Shown here: positions 1 to 15,000 of the stretch, piece by piece | Layout: each line of letters opens with the position of its first letter | How positions within the stretch are numbered: position 1 is the first letter of the stretch | Assembly: GCA_964016885.1 (NCBI GenBank) | Contig: OZ024752.1 | Coordinates: 20,522,001-20,586,000, forward strand | DNA from: Eledone cirrhosa | Taxonomy: Eukaryota | DNA length: 64,000 nt | Direction: 5' to 3' | Notes under the pieces: model-generated | What the model was told of the DNA's origin: nothing | Database searches by the model: none | The model's input: only the letters and a program-made list of their open reading frames with translations | Program-made: the position numbers and the translations under genes

Positions 1-3000
1 CGTCTTTCTCTTCAAACCTGCCATATCAATCCAGAATTCTCTCACCTCTCTCTATTCAAACCTGCCATATCTGGCCAGAATTCTCTCACCTCTTTCTCTT
101 CAAACCATTCATATGCAGCCAGTATACTCTGACCTCTTCTCTTCAAACTGGCCATATCCAACCAGAATTCTCTCACATCTTTCTCTTCAAACCTGTCATA
201 TCTGGCCAGAATTCTCTCACCTCTTTCTCTTCAAACCAACCATATCTGGTCAGAATTCTCTCACCTCTTTCTCTTCAAACCTCCCATATATGTGCCAGAA
301 TTCTCTCACCTCTTTCTCTTTAAACCGGCCATATCTGTCCAGAATTCTCTGACCTCTTTCTCTTCAAACCAGTCCTACCCAGCCAGAATTCTTTCAACCC
401 TTTCTCTTCAAACCTGTCATATCTGGACAGAATTCTCTAACTTATTTCTCTTCAACCAGTCATAACTGGCCAGAATTCTCTCACCTCTTCTCTTCAAACC
501 TGCCATATCTGGCCAGACTTCTCTCACCTGTTTCTTTTCAAACCAGTCATATCCAGCCAGAATTCTCTCACCTCTTTCTCTTCACACCTGCCATATTTGG
601 CCAGAATTTTCTCACCTTTTTCTTTCCAAACCGCCCATATGTGGCCAGAATTCTCTCACCCCTTTCTCTTCAAACCTGCCATATCCAGCCAGAATTCTCT
701 CACCTCTTTCTCTTAAAACCTGCCATATCCAGCCAGAATTCTCTCACCTCTTTCTCTTAAAACCTGCCATATCTTGCTAGAATTCTCTCACGTCTTTCTC
801 TTAAAACCTGCCATATCTGGCCAGAATTCTCTCACCTCTTTCTCTTCAAACCAGTCATATCCAGCCAGATGTCTCTCACTTCTTTCTCTTCAAACCTGCC
901 ATATTTGGCCAGAATTCTCTAGCCTCTTTCTCTTCAAACCAGTCATACCCAGCCAGAACTCTTTCAGCCCTTTTCTTCAAACCTGTCATATCTGGCCAGA
1001 ATTCTCTCACCTCTTTCTCTTCAAACCAGTCATACCCAGCCAGAATACTTTCAACCCTTTCTCTTCAAACCAGTCTTCTCCAGCCAGAATTCTCTCACCC
1101 CTTTCTCTTCAAACCAGCCATATCTGGCCAGAATTCTCTCACCCCTTTCTCTTCAAACCAGCCATATCTGACCAGATTTCTCTCACCTCTTTCTCTTCAA
1201 ACTTGCCCTATCCAGCCAGAATTCTCTCACCTCTTTCTCTTCACCCCGGCCATATCTGGCCAAAATTCTCTCATCTCTTTCTGTTCAAACCGGCCACATC
1301 CAGCCAGAATTCTCTCACCTCTTTCTCTTCAAACCAGTCATATCTGGCCAGAATTCTCTCACCTCTTTCTCTTCAAACCAGCCATATCCAGCCAGAATTC
1401 TCTCACGTCTTTCTCTTCAAACCTGCCATATCAAGCCAGAATTCTCTCACCACTTTCTATTCAAACCTGCCATATCTGGCCAGAATTCTCTCACCTCTTT
1501 CTCTTCAAACCATTCATATCCAGCCAGTATTCTCTCACCTCTTTCTCTTCAAACCAGCCATATCTGGCCAGAATTCTCTCACCTCTTTCTCTTCAAACCT
1601 GCCATATCCAGCCAGAATTCTCTCACCTCTTTCTCTTAAAACCTGCCATATCTTGCCAGAATTCTCTCACCTCTTTCTCTTCAAACCAGCCATATCTGGC
1701 CAGAATTCTCTCACCTCTTTCTCTTCAAACCTGCCATATCCAGCCAGAATTCTCTCACCACTTTCTATTCAAACCTGCCATATCTGGCCAGAATTCTCTC
1801 ACCTATTTCTCTTCAAACCATTCATATCCAGCCAGTATTCTCTCACCTCTTTCTCTTCAAACCAGCCATATCTGGCCAGAATTCTCTCACCTCTTTCTCT
1901 TCAAACCTGCCATATCCAGCCAGAATTCTCTCACCTCTTTCTCTTCAAACCTGTCATATCTGGCCAGAATTCTCTCAACTCTTTCTCTTCAAACCAGTCA
2001 TACCCAGCCAGAATACTTTCACCCCTTTCTCTTCAAACCAGTCATATCCAGCCAGATGTCTCTCACTTCTTTCTCTTCAAACCTGCCATATCTGGCCAGA
2101 ATTCTCTAGCCTCTTTCTCTTCAAACCAGTCATACCCAGTCAGAAATCTTTCACCCCTTTCTCTTCAAACCTGTCATATCTGGCCAGAATTCTCACAACT
2201 CTTTCTCTTCAAACCAGTCATACCCAGCCAGAATACTTTCACCCCTTTCTCTTCAAACCAGTCATATCCAGCCAGATGTCTCTCACTTCTTTCTCTTCAA
2301 ACCTGCCATATCTGGCCAGAATTCTCTAGCCTCTTTCTCTTCAAACCAGTCATACCCAGCCAGAACTCTTTCACCCCTTTCTCTTCAAACCTGTCATATC
2401 TGGCCAGAATTCTCTCACCTCTTTCTCTTCAAACCAGCCATATCTGGCCAGAATTCTCTCACGTCTTTCTCTTGAAACCATTCATATGCAGCCAGTATAC
2501 TCTGACCTCTTCTCTTCAAACCGGCCATATCCAACCAGAATTCTCTCACATCTTTCTCGTCAAACCAGCCATATCTGGCAAGAATTCTCTTCCTCTTTCT
2601 CTTCAAACCTGCCATATCTGGCCAGAATTCTCTCACCTTTTTCTCTTGAAACCATTCATATGCAGCCAGTATACTCTGACCTCTTCTCTTCAAACCGGCC
2701 ATATCCAACCAGAATTCTCTCACATCTTTCTCGTCAAACCAGCCATATCTGGCCAGAATTCTCTTACCTCTTTCTCTTCAAACCTGCCATATCTGGCCAG
2801 AATTCTCTTACCTCTTTCTCTTCAAACCTGCCGTATCCAGCCAGTATTCTCTGACCTCTTCTCTTCAAACTGGACATATGCAACCAGAATTCTCTCACAT
2901 CTTTCTCTTCAAACCAGCCATATCTGGCCAGAATTCTCTCACATCTTTCTCTTCAAACTTGCCATATCTGGCCAGATTTCTCTCACCTCTTTCTCTTCAA

Positions 3001-6000
3001 ATCAGTCATATCCAGCCTGATTTATTTCACTTCTTTCCCTTCAAACCTGTCATATCTCGGCAGAAGTCTCTTACCTCCTTCTCTTCAAACCAACCATATC
3101 TGGTCAGAATTCTCTCACCTCTTTCTCTTCAAACCTCCCATATATGTGCCAGAATTCTCTCACCTCTTTCTCTCCAAACCAGCCATATCTGGCCAGAATT
3201 CTCTCACCCCTTTCTCTTCAAACCAGCCATATCTGACCAGATTTCTCTCACCTCTTTCTCTTCAAACTTGCCCTATCCAGCCAGAATTCTCTCACCTCTT
3301 TCTCTTCACCCCGGCCATATCTGGCCAAAATTCTCTCACGTCTTTCTCTTCAAACCTGCCATATCAAGCCAGAATTCTCTCACCACTTTCTATTCAAACC
3401 TGCCATATCTGGCCAGAATTCTCTCACCTCTTTCTCTTCAAACCATTCATATCCAGCCAGTATTCTCTCACCTCTTTCTCTTCAAACCAGCCATATCTGG
3501 CCAGAATTCTCTCACCTCTTTCTCTTCAAACCTGCCATATCCAGCCAGAATTCTCTCACCTCTTTCTCTTAAAACCTGCCATATCTTGCCAGAATTCTCT
3601 CACCTCTTTCTCTTCAAACCAGCCTATCTGGCCAGAATTCTCTCACCTCTTTCTCTTCAAACCTGCCATATCCAGCCAGAATTCTCTCACCACTTTCTAT
3701 TCAAACCTGCCATATCTGGCCAGAATTCTCTCACCTATTTCTCTTCAAACCATTCATATCCAGCCAGTATTCTCTCACCTCTTTCTCTTCAAACCAGCCA
3801 TATCTGGCCAGAATTCTCTCACCTCTTTCTCTTCAAACCTGCCATATCCAGCCAGAATTCTCTCACCTCTTTCTCTTCAAACCTGTCATATCTGGCCAGA
3901 ATTCTCTCAACTCTTTCTCTTCAAACCAGTCATACCCAGCCAGAATACTTTCACCCCTTTCTCTTCAAACCAGTCATATCCAGCCAGATGTCTCTCACTT
4001 CTTTCTCTTCAAACCTGCCATATCTGGCAAGAATTCTCTAGCCTCTTTCTCTTCAAACCAGTCATACCCAGCCAGAACTCTTTCACCCCTTTCTCTTCAA
4101 ACCTGTCATATCTGGCCAGAATTCTCACAACTCTTTCTCTTCAAACCAGTCATACCCAGCCAGAATACTTTCACCCCTTTCTCTTCAAACCAGTCATATC
4201 CAGCCAGATGTCTCGCACTTCTTTCTCTTCAAACCTGCCATATCTGGCCAGAATTCTCGAGCCTCTTTCTCTTCAAACCAGTCATACCCAGCCAGAACTC
4301 TTTCACCCCTTTCTCTTCAAACCTGTCATATCTGGCCAGAATTCTCTCACCTCTTTCTCTTCAAACCAGCCATATCTGGCCAGAATTCTCTCACGTCTTT
4401 CTCTTGAAACCATTCATATGCAGCCAGTATACTCTGACCTCTTCTCTTCAAACCGGCCATATCCAACCAGAATTCTCTCACATCTTTCTCGTCAAACCAG
4501 CCATATCTGGCCAAAATTTTCTTACCTCTTTCTCTTCAAACCAGCCATATCTGGCCAGAATTCTCTTACCTCTTTCTCTTCAAACCTGCCATATCTGGTC
4601 AGAATTCTCTTACCTCTTTCTCTTCAAACCTGCCATATCTGGCCAGAATTCTCTCACCTCTTTCTCTTGAAACCATTCATATGCAGCCAGTATACTCTGA
4701 CCTCTTCTCTTCAAACCGGCCATATCCAACCAGAATTCTCTCACATCTTTCTCGTCAAACCAGCCATATCTGGCCAGAATTCTCTTACCTCTTTCTCTTC
4801 AAACCTGCCATATCTGGCCAGAATTCTCTTACCTCTTTCTCTTCAAACCTGCCATATCCAGCCAGTATTCTCTGACCTCTTCTCTTCAAACTGGACATAT
4901 GCAACCAGAATTCTCTCACATCTTTCTCTTCAAACCAGCCATATCTGGCCAGAATTCTCTCACATCTTTCTCTTGAAACTTGCCATATCTGGCCAGATTT
5001 CTCTCACCTCTTTCTCTTCAAATCAGTCATATCCAGCCTGATTTATTTCACTTCTTTCCCTTCAAACCTGTCATATCTGGCCAGAATTCTCTTACCTCCT
5101 TATCTTCAAACCAACCATATCTGGTCAGAATTCTCTCACCTCTTTCTCTTCAACCCTCCCATATATGTGCCAGAATTCTCTCACCCCTTTCTCTTCAAAC
5201 CAGCCATATCTGACCAGATTTCTCTCACCTCTTTCTCTTCAAACTTGCCCTATCCAGCCAGAATTCTCTCACCTCTTTCTCTTCACCCCGGCCATATCTG
5301 GCCAAAATTCTCTCATCTCTTTCTGTTCAAACCGGCCACATCCAGCCAGAATTCTCTCACCTCTTTCTCTTCAAACCAGTCATATCTGGCCAGAATTCTC
5401 TCACCTCTTTCTCTTCAAACCAGCCATATCCAGCCAGAATTCTCTCACGTCTTTCTCTTCAAACCTGCCATATCAAGCCAGAATTCTCTCACCACTTTCT
5501 ATTCAAACCTGCCATATCTGGCCAGAATTCTCTCACCTCTTTCTCTTCAAACCATTCATATCCAGCCTGTATTCTCTCACCTCTTTCTCTTCAAACCAGC
5601 CATATCTGGCCAGAATTCTCTCACCTCTTTCTCTTCAAACCTGCCATATCCAGCCAGAATTCTCTCACCTCTTTCTCTTAAAACCTGCCATATCTTGCCA
5701 GAATTCTCTCACCTCTTTCTCTTCAAACCAGCCATATCTGGCCAGAATTCTCTCACCTCTTTCTCTTCAAACCTGCCATATCCAGCCAGAATTCTCTCAC
5801 CACTTTCTATTCAAACCTGCCATATCTGGCCAGAATTCTCTCACCTATTTCTCTTCAAACCATTCATATCCAGCCAGTATTCTCTCACCTCTTTCTCTTC
5901 AAACCAGCCATATCTGGCCAGAATTCTCTCACCTCTTTCTCTTCAAACCTGCCATATCCAGCCAGAATTCTCTCACCTCTTTCTCTTCAAACCTGTCATA

Positions 6001-9000
6001 TCTGGCCAGAATTCTCTCAACTCTTTCTCTTCAAACCAGTCATACCCAGCCAGAATACTTTCACCCCTTTCTCTTCAAACCAGTCATATCCAGCCAGATG
6101 TCTCTCACTTCTTTCTCTTCAAACCTGCCATATCTGGCCAGAATTCTCTAGCCTCTTTCTCTTCAAACCAGTCATACCCAGTCAGAACTCTTTCACCCCT
6201 TTCTCTTCAAACCTGTCATATCTGGCCAGAATTCTCACAACTCTTTCTCTTCAAACCAGTCATACCCAGCCAGAATACTTTCACCCCTTTCTCTTCAAAC
6301 CAGTCATATCCAGCCAGATGTCTCTCACTTCTTTCTCTTCAAACCTGCCATATCTGGCCAGAATTCTCTAGCCTCTTTCTCTTCAAACCAGTCATACCCA
6401 GCCAGAACTCTTTCACCCCTTTCTCTTCAAACCTGTCATATCTGGCCAGAATTCTCTCACCTCTTTCTCTTCAAACCAGCCATATCTGGCCAGAATTCTC
6501 TCACGTCTTTCTCTTGAAACCATTCATATGCAGCCAGTATACTCTGACCTCTTCTCTTCAAACCGGCCATATCCAACCAGAATTCTCTCACATCTTTCTC
6601 GTCAAACCAGCCATATCTGGCCAGAATTCTCTTACCTCTTTCTCTTCAAACCTGCCATATCTGGCCAGAATTCTCTCACCTTTTTCTCTTGAAACCATTC
6701 ATATGCAGCCAGTATACTCTGACCTCTTCTCTTCAAACCGGCCATATCCAACCAGAATTCTCTCACATCTTTCTCGTCAAACCAGCCATATCTGGCCAGA
6801 ATTCTCTTACCTCTTTCTCTTCAAACCTGCCATATCTGGCCAGAATTCTCTTACCTCTTTCTCTTCAAACCTGCCATATCCAGCCAGTATTCTCTGACCT
6901 CTTCTCTTCAAACTGGACATATGCAACCAGAATTCTCTCACATCTTTCTCTTCAAACCAGCCATATCTGGCCAGAATTCTCTCACATCTTTCTCTTCAAA
7001 CTTGCCATATCTGGCCAGATTTCTCTCACCTCTTTCTCTTCAAATCAGTCATATCCAGCCTGATTTATTTCACTTCTTTCCCTTCAAACCTGTCATATCT
7101 CGGCAGAAGTCTCTTACCTCCTTCTCTTCAAACCAACCATATCTGGTCAGAATTCTCTCACCTCTTTCTCTTCAAACCTCCCATATATGTGCCAGAATTC
7201 TCTCACCTCTTTCTCTCCAAACCAGCCATATCTGGCCAGAATTCTCTCACCCCTTTCTCTTCAAACCAGCCATATCTGACCAGATTTCTCTCACCTCTTT
7301 CTCTTCAAACTTGCCCTATCCAGCCAGAATTCTCTCACCTCTTTCTCTTCACCCCGGCCATATCTGGCCAAAATTCTCTCATCTCTTTCTGTTCAAACCG
7401 GCCACATCCAGCCAGAATTCTCTCACCTCTTTCTCTTCAAACCAGTCATATCTGGCCAGAATTCTCTCACCTCTTTCTCTTCAAACCAGCCATATCCAGC
7501 CAGAATTCTCTCACGTCTTTCTCTTCAAACCTGCCATATCAAGCCAGAATTCTCTCACCACTTTCTATTCAAACCTGCCATATCTGGCCAGAATTCTCTC
7601 ACCTCTTTCTCTTCAAACCATTCATATCCAGCCAGTATTCTCTCACCTCTTTCTCTTCAAACCAGCCATATCTGGCCAGAATTCTCTCACCTCTTTCTCT
7701 TCAAACCTGCCATATCCAGCCAGAATTCTCTCACCTCTTTCTCTTAAAACCTGCCATATCTTGCCAGAATTCTCTCACCTCTTTCTCTTCAAACCAGCCT
7801 ATCTGGCCAGAATTCTCTCACCTCTTTCTCTTCAAACCTGCCATATCCAGCCAGAATTCTCTCACCACTTTCTATTCAAACCTGCCATATCTGGCCAGAA
7901 TTCTCTCACCTATTTCTCTTCAAACCATTCATATCCAGCCAGTATTCTCTCACCTCTTTCTCTTCAAACCAGCCATATCTGGCCAGAATTCTCTCACCTC
8001 TTTCTCTTCAAACCTGCCATATCCAGCCAGAATTCTCTCACCTCTTTCTCTTCAAACCTGTCATATCTGGCCAGAATTCTCTCAACTCTTTCTCTTCAAA
8101 CCAGTCATACCCAGCCAGAATACTTTCACCCCTTTCTCTTCAAACCAGTCATATCCAGCCAGATGTCTCTCACTTCTTTCTCTTCAAACCTGCCATATCT
8201 GGCAAGAATTCTCTAGCCTCTTTCTCTTCAAACCAGTCATACCCAGCCAGAACTCTTTCACCCCTTTCTCTTCAAACCTGTCATATCTGGCCAGAATTCT
8301 CACAACTCTTTCTCTTCAAACCAGTCATACCCAGCCAGAATACTTTCACCCCTTTCTCTTCAAACCAGTCATATCCAGCCAGATGTCTCGCACTTCTTTC
8401 TCTTCAAACCTGCCATATCTGGCCAGAATTCTCTAGCCTCTTTCTCTTCAAACCAGTCATACCCAGCCAGAACTCTTTCACCCCTTTCTCTTCAAACCTG
8501 TCATATCTGGCCAGAATTCTCTCACCTCTTTCTCTTCAAACCAGCCATATCTGGCCAGAATTCTCTCACGTCTTTCTCTTGAAACCATTCATATGCAGCC
8601 AGTATACTCTGACCTCTTCTCTTCAAACCGGCCATATCCAACCAGAATTCTCTCACATCTTTCTCGTCAAACCAGCCATATCTGGCCAAAATTTTCTTAC
8701 CTCTTTCTCTTCAAACCAGCCATATCTGGCCAGAATTCTCTTACCTCTTTCTCTTCAAACCTGCCATATCTGGTCAGAATTCTCTTACCTCTTTCTCTTC
8801 AAACCTGCCATATCTGGCCAGAATTCTCTCACCTCTTTCTCTTGAAACCATTCATATGCAGCCAGTATACTCTGACCTCTTCTCTTCAAACCGGCCATAT
8901 CCAACCAGAATTCTCTCACATCTTTCTCGTCAAACCAGCCATATCTGGCCAGAATTCTCTTACCTCTTTCTCTTCAAACCTGCCATATCTGGCCAGAATT

Positions 9001-12000
9001 CTCTTACCTCTTTCTCTTCAAACCTGCCATATCCAGCCAGTATTCTCTGACCTCTTCTCTTCAAACTGGACATATGCAACCAGAATTCTCTCACATCTTT
9101 CTCTTCAAACCAGCCATATCTGGCCAGAATTCTCTCACATCTTTCTCTTGAAACTTGCCATATCTGGCCAGATTTCTCTCACCTCTTTCTCTTCAAATCA
9201 GTCATATCCAGCCTGATTTATTTCACTTCTTTCCCTTCAAACCTGTCATATCTGGCCAGAATTCTCTTACCTCCTTCTCTTCAAACCAACCATATCTGGT
9301 CAGAATTCTCTCACCTCTTTCTCTTCAACCCTCCCATATATGTGCCAGAATTCTGTCACCTCTTTCTCTTCAAACCAGCCATATCCAGCCAGAATTCTCT
9401 CACGTCTTTCTCTTCAAACCTGCCATATCAAGCCAGAATTCTCTCACCACTTTCTATTCAAACCTGCCATATCTGGCCAGAATTCTCTCACCTATTTCTC
9501 TTCAAACCATTCATATCCAGCCAGTATTCTCTCACCTCTTTCTCTTCAAACCAGCCATATCTGGCCAGAATTCTCTCACCTCTTTCTCTTCAAACCTGCC
9601 ATATCCAGCCAGAATTCTCTCACCTCTTTCTCTTAAAACCTGCCATATCTTGCCAGAATTCTCTCACCTCTTTCTCTTAAAACCTGCCATATCTGGCCAG
9701 AATTCTCTCACCTCTTTCTCTTCAAACCAGTCATATCCAGCCAGATGTCTCTCACTTCTTTCTCTTCAAACCTGCCATATTTGGCCAGAATTCTCTAGCC
9801 TCTTTCTCTTCAAACCAGTCATACCCAGCCAGAACTCTTTCAGACCTTTCTCTTCAAACCTGTCATATCTGGCCAGAATTCTCTCACCTCTTTCTCTTCA
9901 AACCAGTCATACCCAGCCAGAATACTTTCACCCCTTTCTCTTCAAACCAGTCTTATCCAGCCAGAATTCTCTCACCTCTTTCTCTTCACACCTGCCATAT
10001 TTGGCCAGAATTTTCTCACCTTTTTCTTTCCAAACCGCCCATATGTGGCCAGAATTCTCTCACCCCTTTCTCTTCAAACTAGTCATATCCAGTCAGAATT
10101 CTCTCACCCCTTTCTCTTCAAACCTGCTATATCTGACCAGATTTCTCTCACCTCTTTCTCTTCAAACCTGCCCTATCCAGCCAGAATTCTCTCACCTCTT
10201 TCTCTTCACCCCGGCCATATCTGGCCAAAATTCTCTCGTCTCTTTCTGTTCAAACCGGCCACATCCAGCCAGAATTCTCTCACCTCTTTCTCTTCAAACC
10301 AGTCATATCTGGCCAGAATTCTCTCACCTCTTTCTCTTCAAACCAGCCATATCTGGCCAGAATTCTCTCACCTCTTTCTCTTCAAAGCTGCCATATCTGG
10401 CCAGATTTCTTTCACCTCTTTCTCTTCAAATCAGTCATATCCAGCCTGATTTATTTCACCTCTTTCTCTTCACCCCGGCCATATCTGGCCAAAATTCTCT
10501 CATCTCTTTCTGTTCAAACCGGCCACATCCAGCCAGAATTCTCTCACCTCTTTCTCTTCAAACCAGTCATATCTGGCCAGAATTCTCTCACCTCTTTCTC
10601 TTCAAACCAGCCATATCCAGCCAGAATTCTCTCACCTCTTTCTCTTCAAACCTGCCATATCCAGCCAGAATTCTCTCACCTCTTTCTCTTAAAACCTGCC
10701 ATATCTGGCCAGAATTCTCTCACCTCTTTCTCTTAAAACCTGCCATATCTGGCCAGAATTCTCTCACCTCTTTCTCTTAAAACCTGCCATATCCAGCCAG
10801 AATTCTCTCACCTCTTTCTCTTAAAACCTGCCATATCTTGCCAGAATTCTCTCACCTCTTTCTCTTAAAACCTGCCATATCTGGCCAGAATTCTCTCACC
10901 TCTTTCTCTTCAAACCAGTCATATCCAGCCAGATGTCTCTCACTTCTTTCTCTTCAAACCTGCCATATTTGGCCAGAATTCTCTAGCCTCTTTCTCTTCA
11001 AACCAGTCATACCCAGCCAGAACTCTTTCAGCCCTTTCTCTTCAAACCTGTCATATCTGGCCAGAATTCTCTCACCTCTTTCTCTTCAAACCAGTCATAC
11101 CCAGCCAGAATACTTTCACCCCTTTCTCTTCAAACCAGTCTTATCCAGCCAGAATTCTCTCACCTCTTTCTCTTCACACCTGCCATATTTGGCCAGAATT
11201 TTCTCACCTTTTTCTTTCCAAACCGCCCATATGTGGCCAGAATTCTCTCACCCCTTTCTCTTCAAACTAGTCATATCCAGCCAGAATTCTCTCACCCCTT
11301 TCTCTTCAAACCAGTCATATCTGGCCAGAATTCTCTCACCGCTTTCTCTTCAAACTTGCCATATCCAGCCAGAATTCTCTCACCTCTTTCTCTTCACCCC
11401 GGCCATATCTGGCCAAAATTCTCTCATCTCTTTCTGTTCAAACCGGCCACATCCAGCCAGAATTCTCTCACCTCTTTCTCTTCAAACCAGTCATATCTGG
11501 CCAGAATTCTCTCACCTCTTTCTCTTCAAACCAGCCATATCCAGCCAGAATTCTCTCACGTCTTTCTCTTCAAACCTGCCATATCAAGCCAGAATTCTCT
11601 CACCACTTTCTATTCAAACCTGCCATATCTGGCCAGAATTCTCTCACCTCTTTCTCTTCAAACCAGCCATATCTGGCCAGAATTCTCTCACCCCTTTCTC
11701 TTCAAACCAGCCATATCTGACCAGATTTCTCTCACCACTTTCTCTTCAAACTTGCCCTATCCAGCCAGAATTCTCTCACCTCTTTCTCTTCACCCCGGCC
11801 ATATCTGGCCAAAATTCTCTCATCTCTTTCTGTTCAAACCGGCCACATCCAGCCAGAATTCTCTCACCTCTTTCTCTTCAAACCAGTCATATCTGGCCAG
11901 AATTCTCTCACCTCTTTCTCTTCAAACCAGCCATATCCAGCCAGAATTCTCTCACGTCTTTCTCTTCAAACCTGCCATATCAAGCCAGAATTCTCTCACC

Positions 12001-15000
12001 ACTTTCTATTCAAACCTGCCATATCTGGCCAGAATTCTCTCACCTCTTTCTCTTCAAACCATTCATATCCAGCCAGTATTCTCTCACCTCTTTCTCTTCA
12101 AACCAGCCATATCTGGCCAGAATTCTCTCACCTCTTTCTCTTCAAACCTGCCATATCCAGCCAGAATTCTCTCACCTCTTTCTCTTCAAACCTGTCATAT
12201 CTGGCCAGAATTCTCTCAACTCTTTCTCTTCAAACCAGTCATACCCAGCCAGAATACTTTCACCCCTTTCTCTTCAAACCAGTCATATCCAGCCAGATGT
12301 CTCTCACTTCTTTCTCTTCAAACCTGCCATATCTGGCCAGAATTCTCTAGCCTCTTTCTCTTCAAACCAGTCATACCCAGCCAGAACTCTTTCACCCCTT
12401 TCTCTTCAAACCTGTCATATCTGGCCAGAATTCTCACAACTCTTTCTCTTCAAACCAGTCATACCCAGCCAGAATACTTTCACCCCTTTCTCTTCAAACC
12501 AGTCATATCCAGCCAGATGTCTCTCACTTCTTTCTCTTCAAACCTGCCATATCTGGCCAGAATTCTCTAGCCTCTTTCTCTTCAAACCAGTCATACCCAG
12601 CCAGAACTCTTTCACCCCTTTCTCTTCAAACCTGTCATATCTGGCCAGAATTCTCTCACCTCTTTCTCTTCAAACCAGCCATATCTGGCCAGAATTCTCT
12701 CACGTCTTTCTCTTGAAACCATTCATATGCAGCCAGTATACTCTGACCTCTTCTCTTCAAACCGCCCATATCCAACCAGAATTCTCTCACATCTTTCTCG
12801 TCAAACCAGCCATATCTGGCCAGAATTCTCTTACCTCTTTCTCTTCAAACCAGCCATATCTGGCCAGAATTCTCTTACCTCTTTCTCTTCAAACCTGCCA
12901 TATCTGGCCAGAATTCTCTTACCTCTTTCTCTTCAAACCTGCCATATCTGGCCAGAATTCTCTCACCTCTTTCTCTTGAAACCATTCATATGCAGCCAGT
13001 ATACTCTGACCTCTTCTCTTCAAACCGGCCATATCCAACCAGAATTCTCTCACATCTTTCTCGTCAAACCAGCCATATCTGGCCAGAATTCTCTTACCTC
13101 TTTCTCTTCAAACCTGCCATATCTGGCCAGAATTCTCTTACCTCTTTCTCTTCAAACCTGCCATATCCAGCCAGTATTCTCTGACCTCTTCTCTTCAAAC
13201 TGGACATATGCAACCAGAATTCTCTCACATCTTTCTCTTCAAACCAGCCATATCTGGCCAGAATTCTCTCACATCTTTCTCTTCAAACTTGCCATATCTG
13301 GCCAGATTTCTCTCACCTCTTTCTCTTCAAATCAGTCATATCCAGCCTGATTTATTTCACTTCTTTCCCTTCAAACCTGTCATATCTGGCCAGAATTCTC
13401 TTACCTCCTTCTCTTCAAACCAGCCATATCTGGCCAGAATTCTCTCACCTCTTTCTCTTCAAACTTGCCATATCTGGCCAGAATTCTCTCACCTCTTTCT
13501 CTTCAAACCTGTCATATCCAGCCAGATGTCTCTCACTTCTTTCTCTTCAAACCTGCCATATCTGGCCAGAATTCTCTCACCTCTTTCTCTTCAAACCGGC
13601 CATATTAAGCCAGAATTCTCTCACCTCTTTCTCTTCAAACCGGCCATATTAAGCCAGAATTCTCTCACCTCTTTCTCTTCAAACCAGCCATATCCAGCCG
13701 GAATTCTCGCACCTCTTTCTCTTCAAACCTGCCATATCTTGTCAGAATTCTCTCACCTCTTTCTCTTCAAACCTGCAATATCTGGCCAGAATTCTCTCAG
13801 CTATTTCTCTTCAAACTTGCCATATCTGGCCAGAATTCTCTAGCCTCTTTCTCTTCAAACCAGTCATACCCAGCCAGAACTCTTTCATCCCTTTCTCTTC
13901 AAACCTTCATATCTGGCCAGAATTCTCTCCCCTCTTTCTCTTCAAACCAGCCATATCTTTCCAGAATTCTCTCACGTCTTTCTCTTCAAACCTGCCATAT
14001 CAATCCAGAATTCTCTCACCTCTCTCTATTCAAACCTGCCATATCTGGCCAGAATTCTCTCACCTCTTTCTCTTCAAACCATTCATATGCAGCCAGTATA
14101 CTCTGACCTCTTCTCTTCAAACCGGCCATATCCAACCAGAATTCTCTCACATCTTTCTCTTCAAACCAGCCATATCTGGCCAGAATTCTCTCACCTATTT
14201 CTCTTCAAACTTGCCATATCTGGCCAGAATTCTCTAGCCTCTTTCTCTTCAAACCAGTCATACCCAGCCAGAACTCTTTCACCCCTTTCTCTTCAAACCT
14301 GTCATATCTGGCCAGAATTCTCTCCCCTCTTTCTCTTCAAACCAGCCATATCCTTCCAGAATTCTCTCACGTCTTTCTCTTCAAACCTGCCATATCAATC
14401 CAGAATTCTCTCACCTCTCTCTATTCAAACCTGCCATATCTGGCCAGAATTCTCTCACCTCTTTCTCTTCAAACCATTCATATGCAGCCAGTATACTCTG
14501 ACCTCTTCTCTTCAAACTGGCCATATCCAACCAGAATTCTCTCACATCTTTCTCTTCAAACCTGTCATATCTGGCCAGAATTCTCTCACCTCTTTCTCTT
14601 CAAACCAACCATATCTGGTCAGAATTCTCTCACCTCTTTCTCTTCAAACCTCCCATATATGTGCCAGAATTCTCTCACCTCTTTCTCTTTAAACCGGCCA
14701 TATCTGTCCAGAATTCTCTGACCTCTTTCTCTTCAAACCAGTCCTACCCAGCCAGAATTCTTTCAACCCTTTCTCTTCAAACCTGTCATATCTGGACAGA
14801 ATTCTCTAACTTATTTCTCTTCAACCAGTCATAACTGGCCAGAATTCTCTCACCTCTTCTCTTCAAACCTGCCATATCTGGCCAGACTTCTCTCACCTGT
14901 TTCTTTTCAAACCAGTCATATCCAGCCAGAATTCTCTCACCTCTTTCTCTTCACACCTGCCATATTTGGCCAGAATTTTCTCACCTTTTTCTTTCCAAAC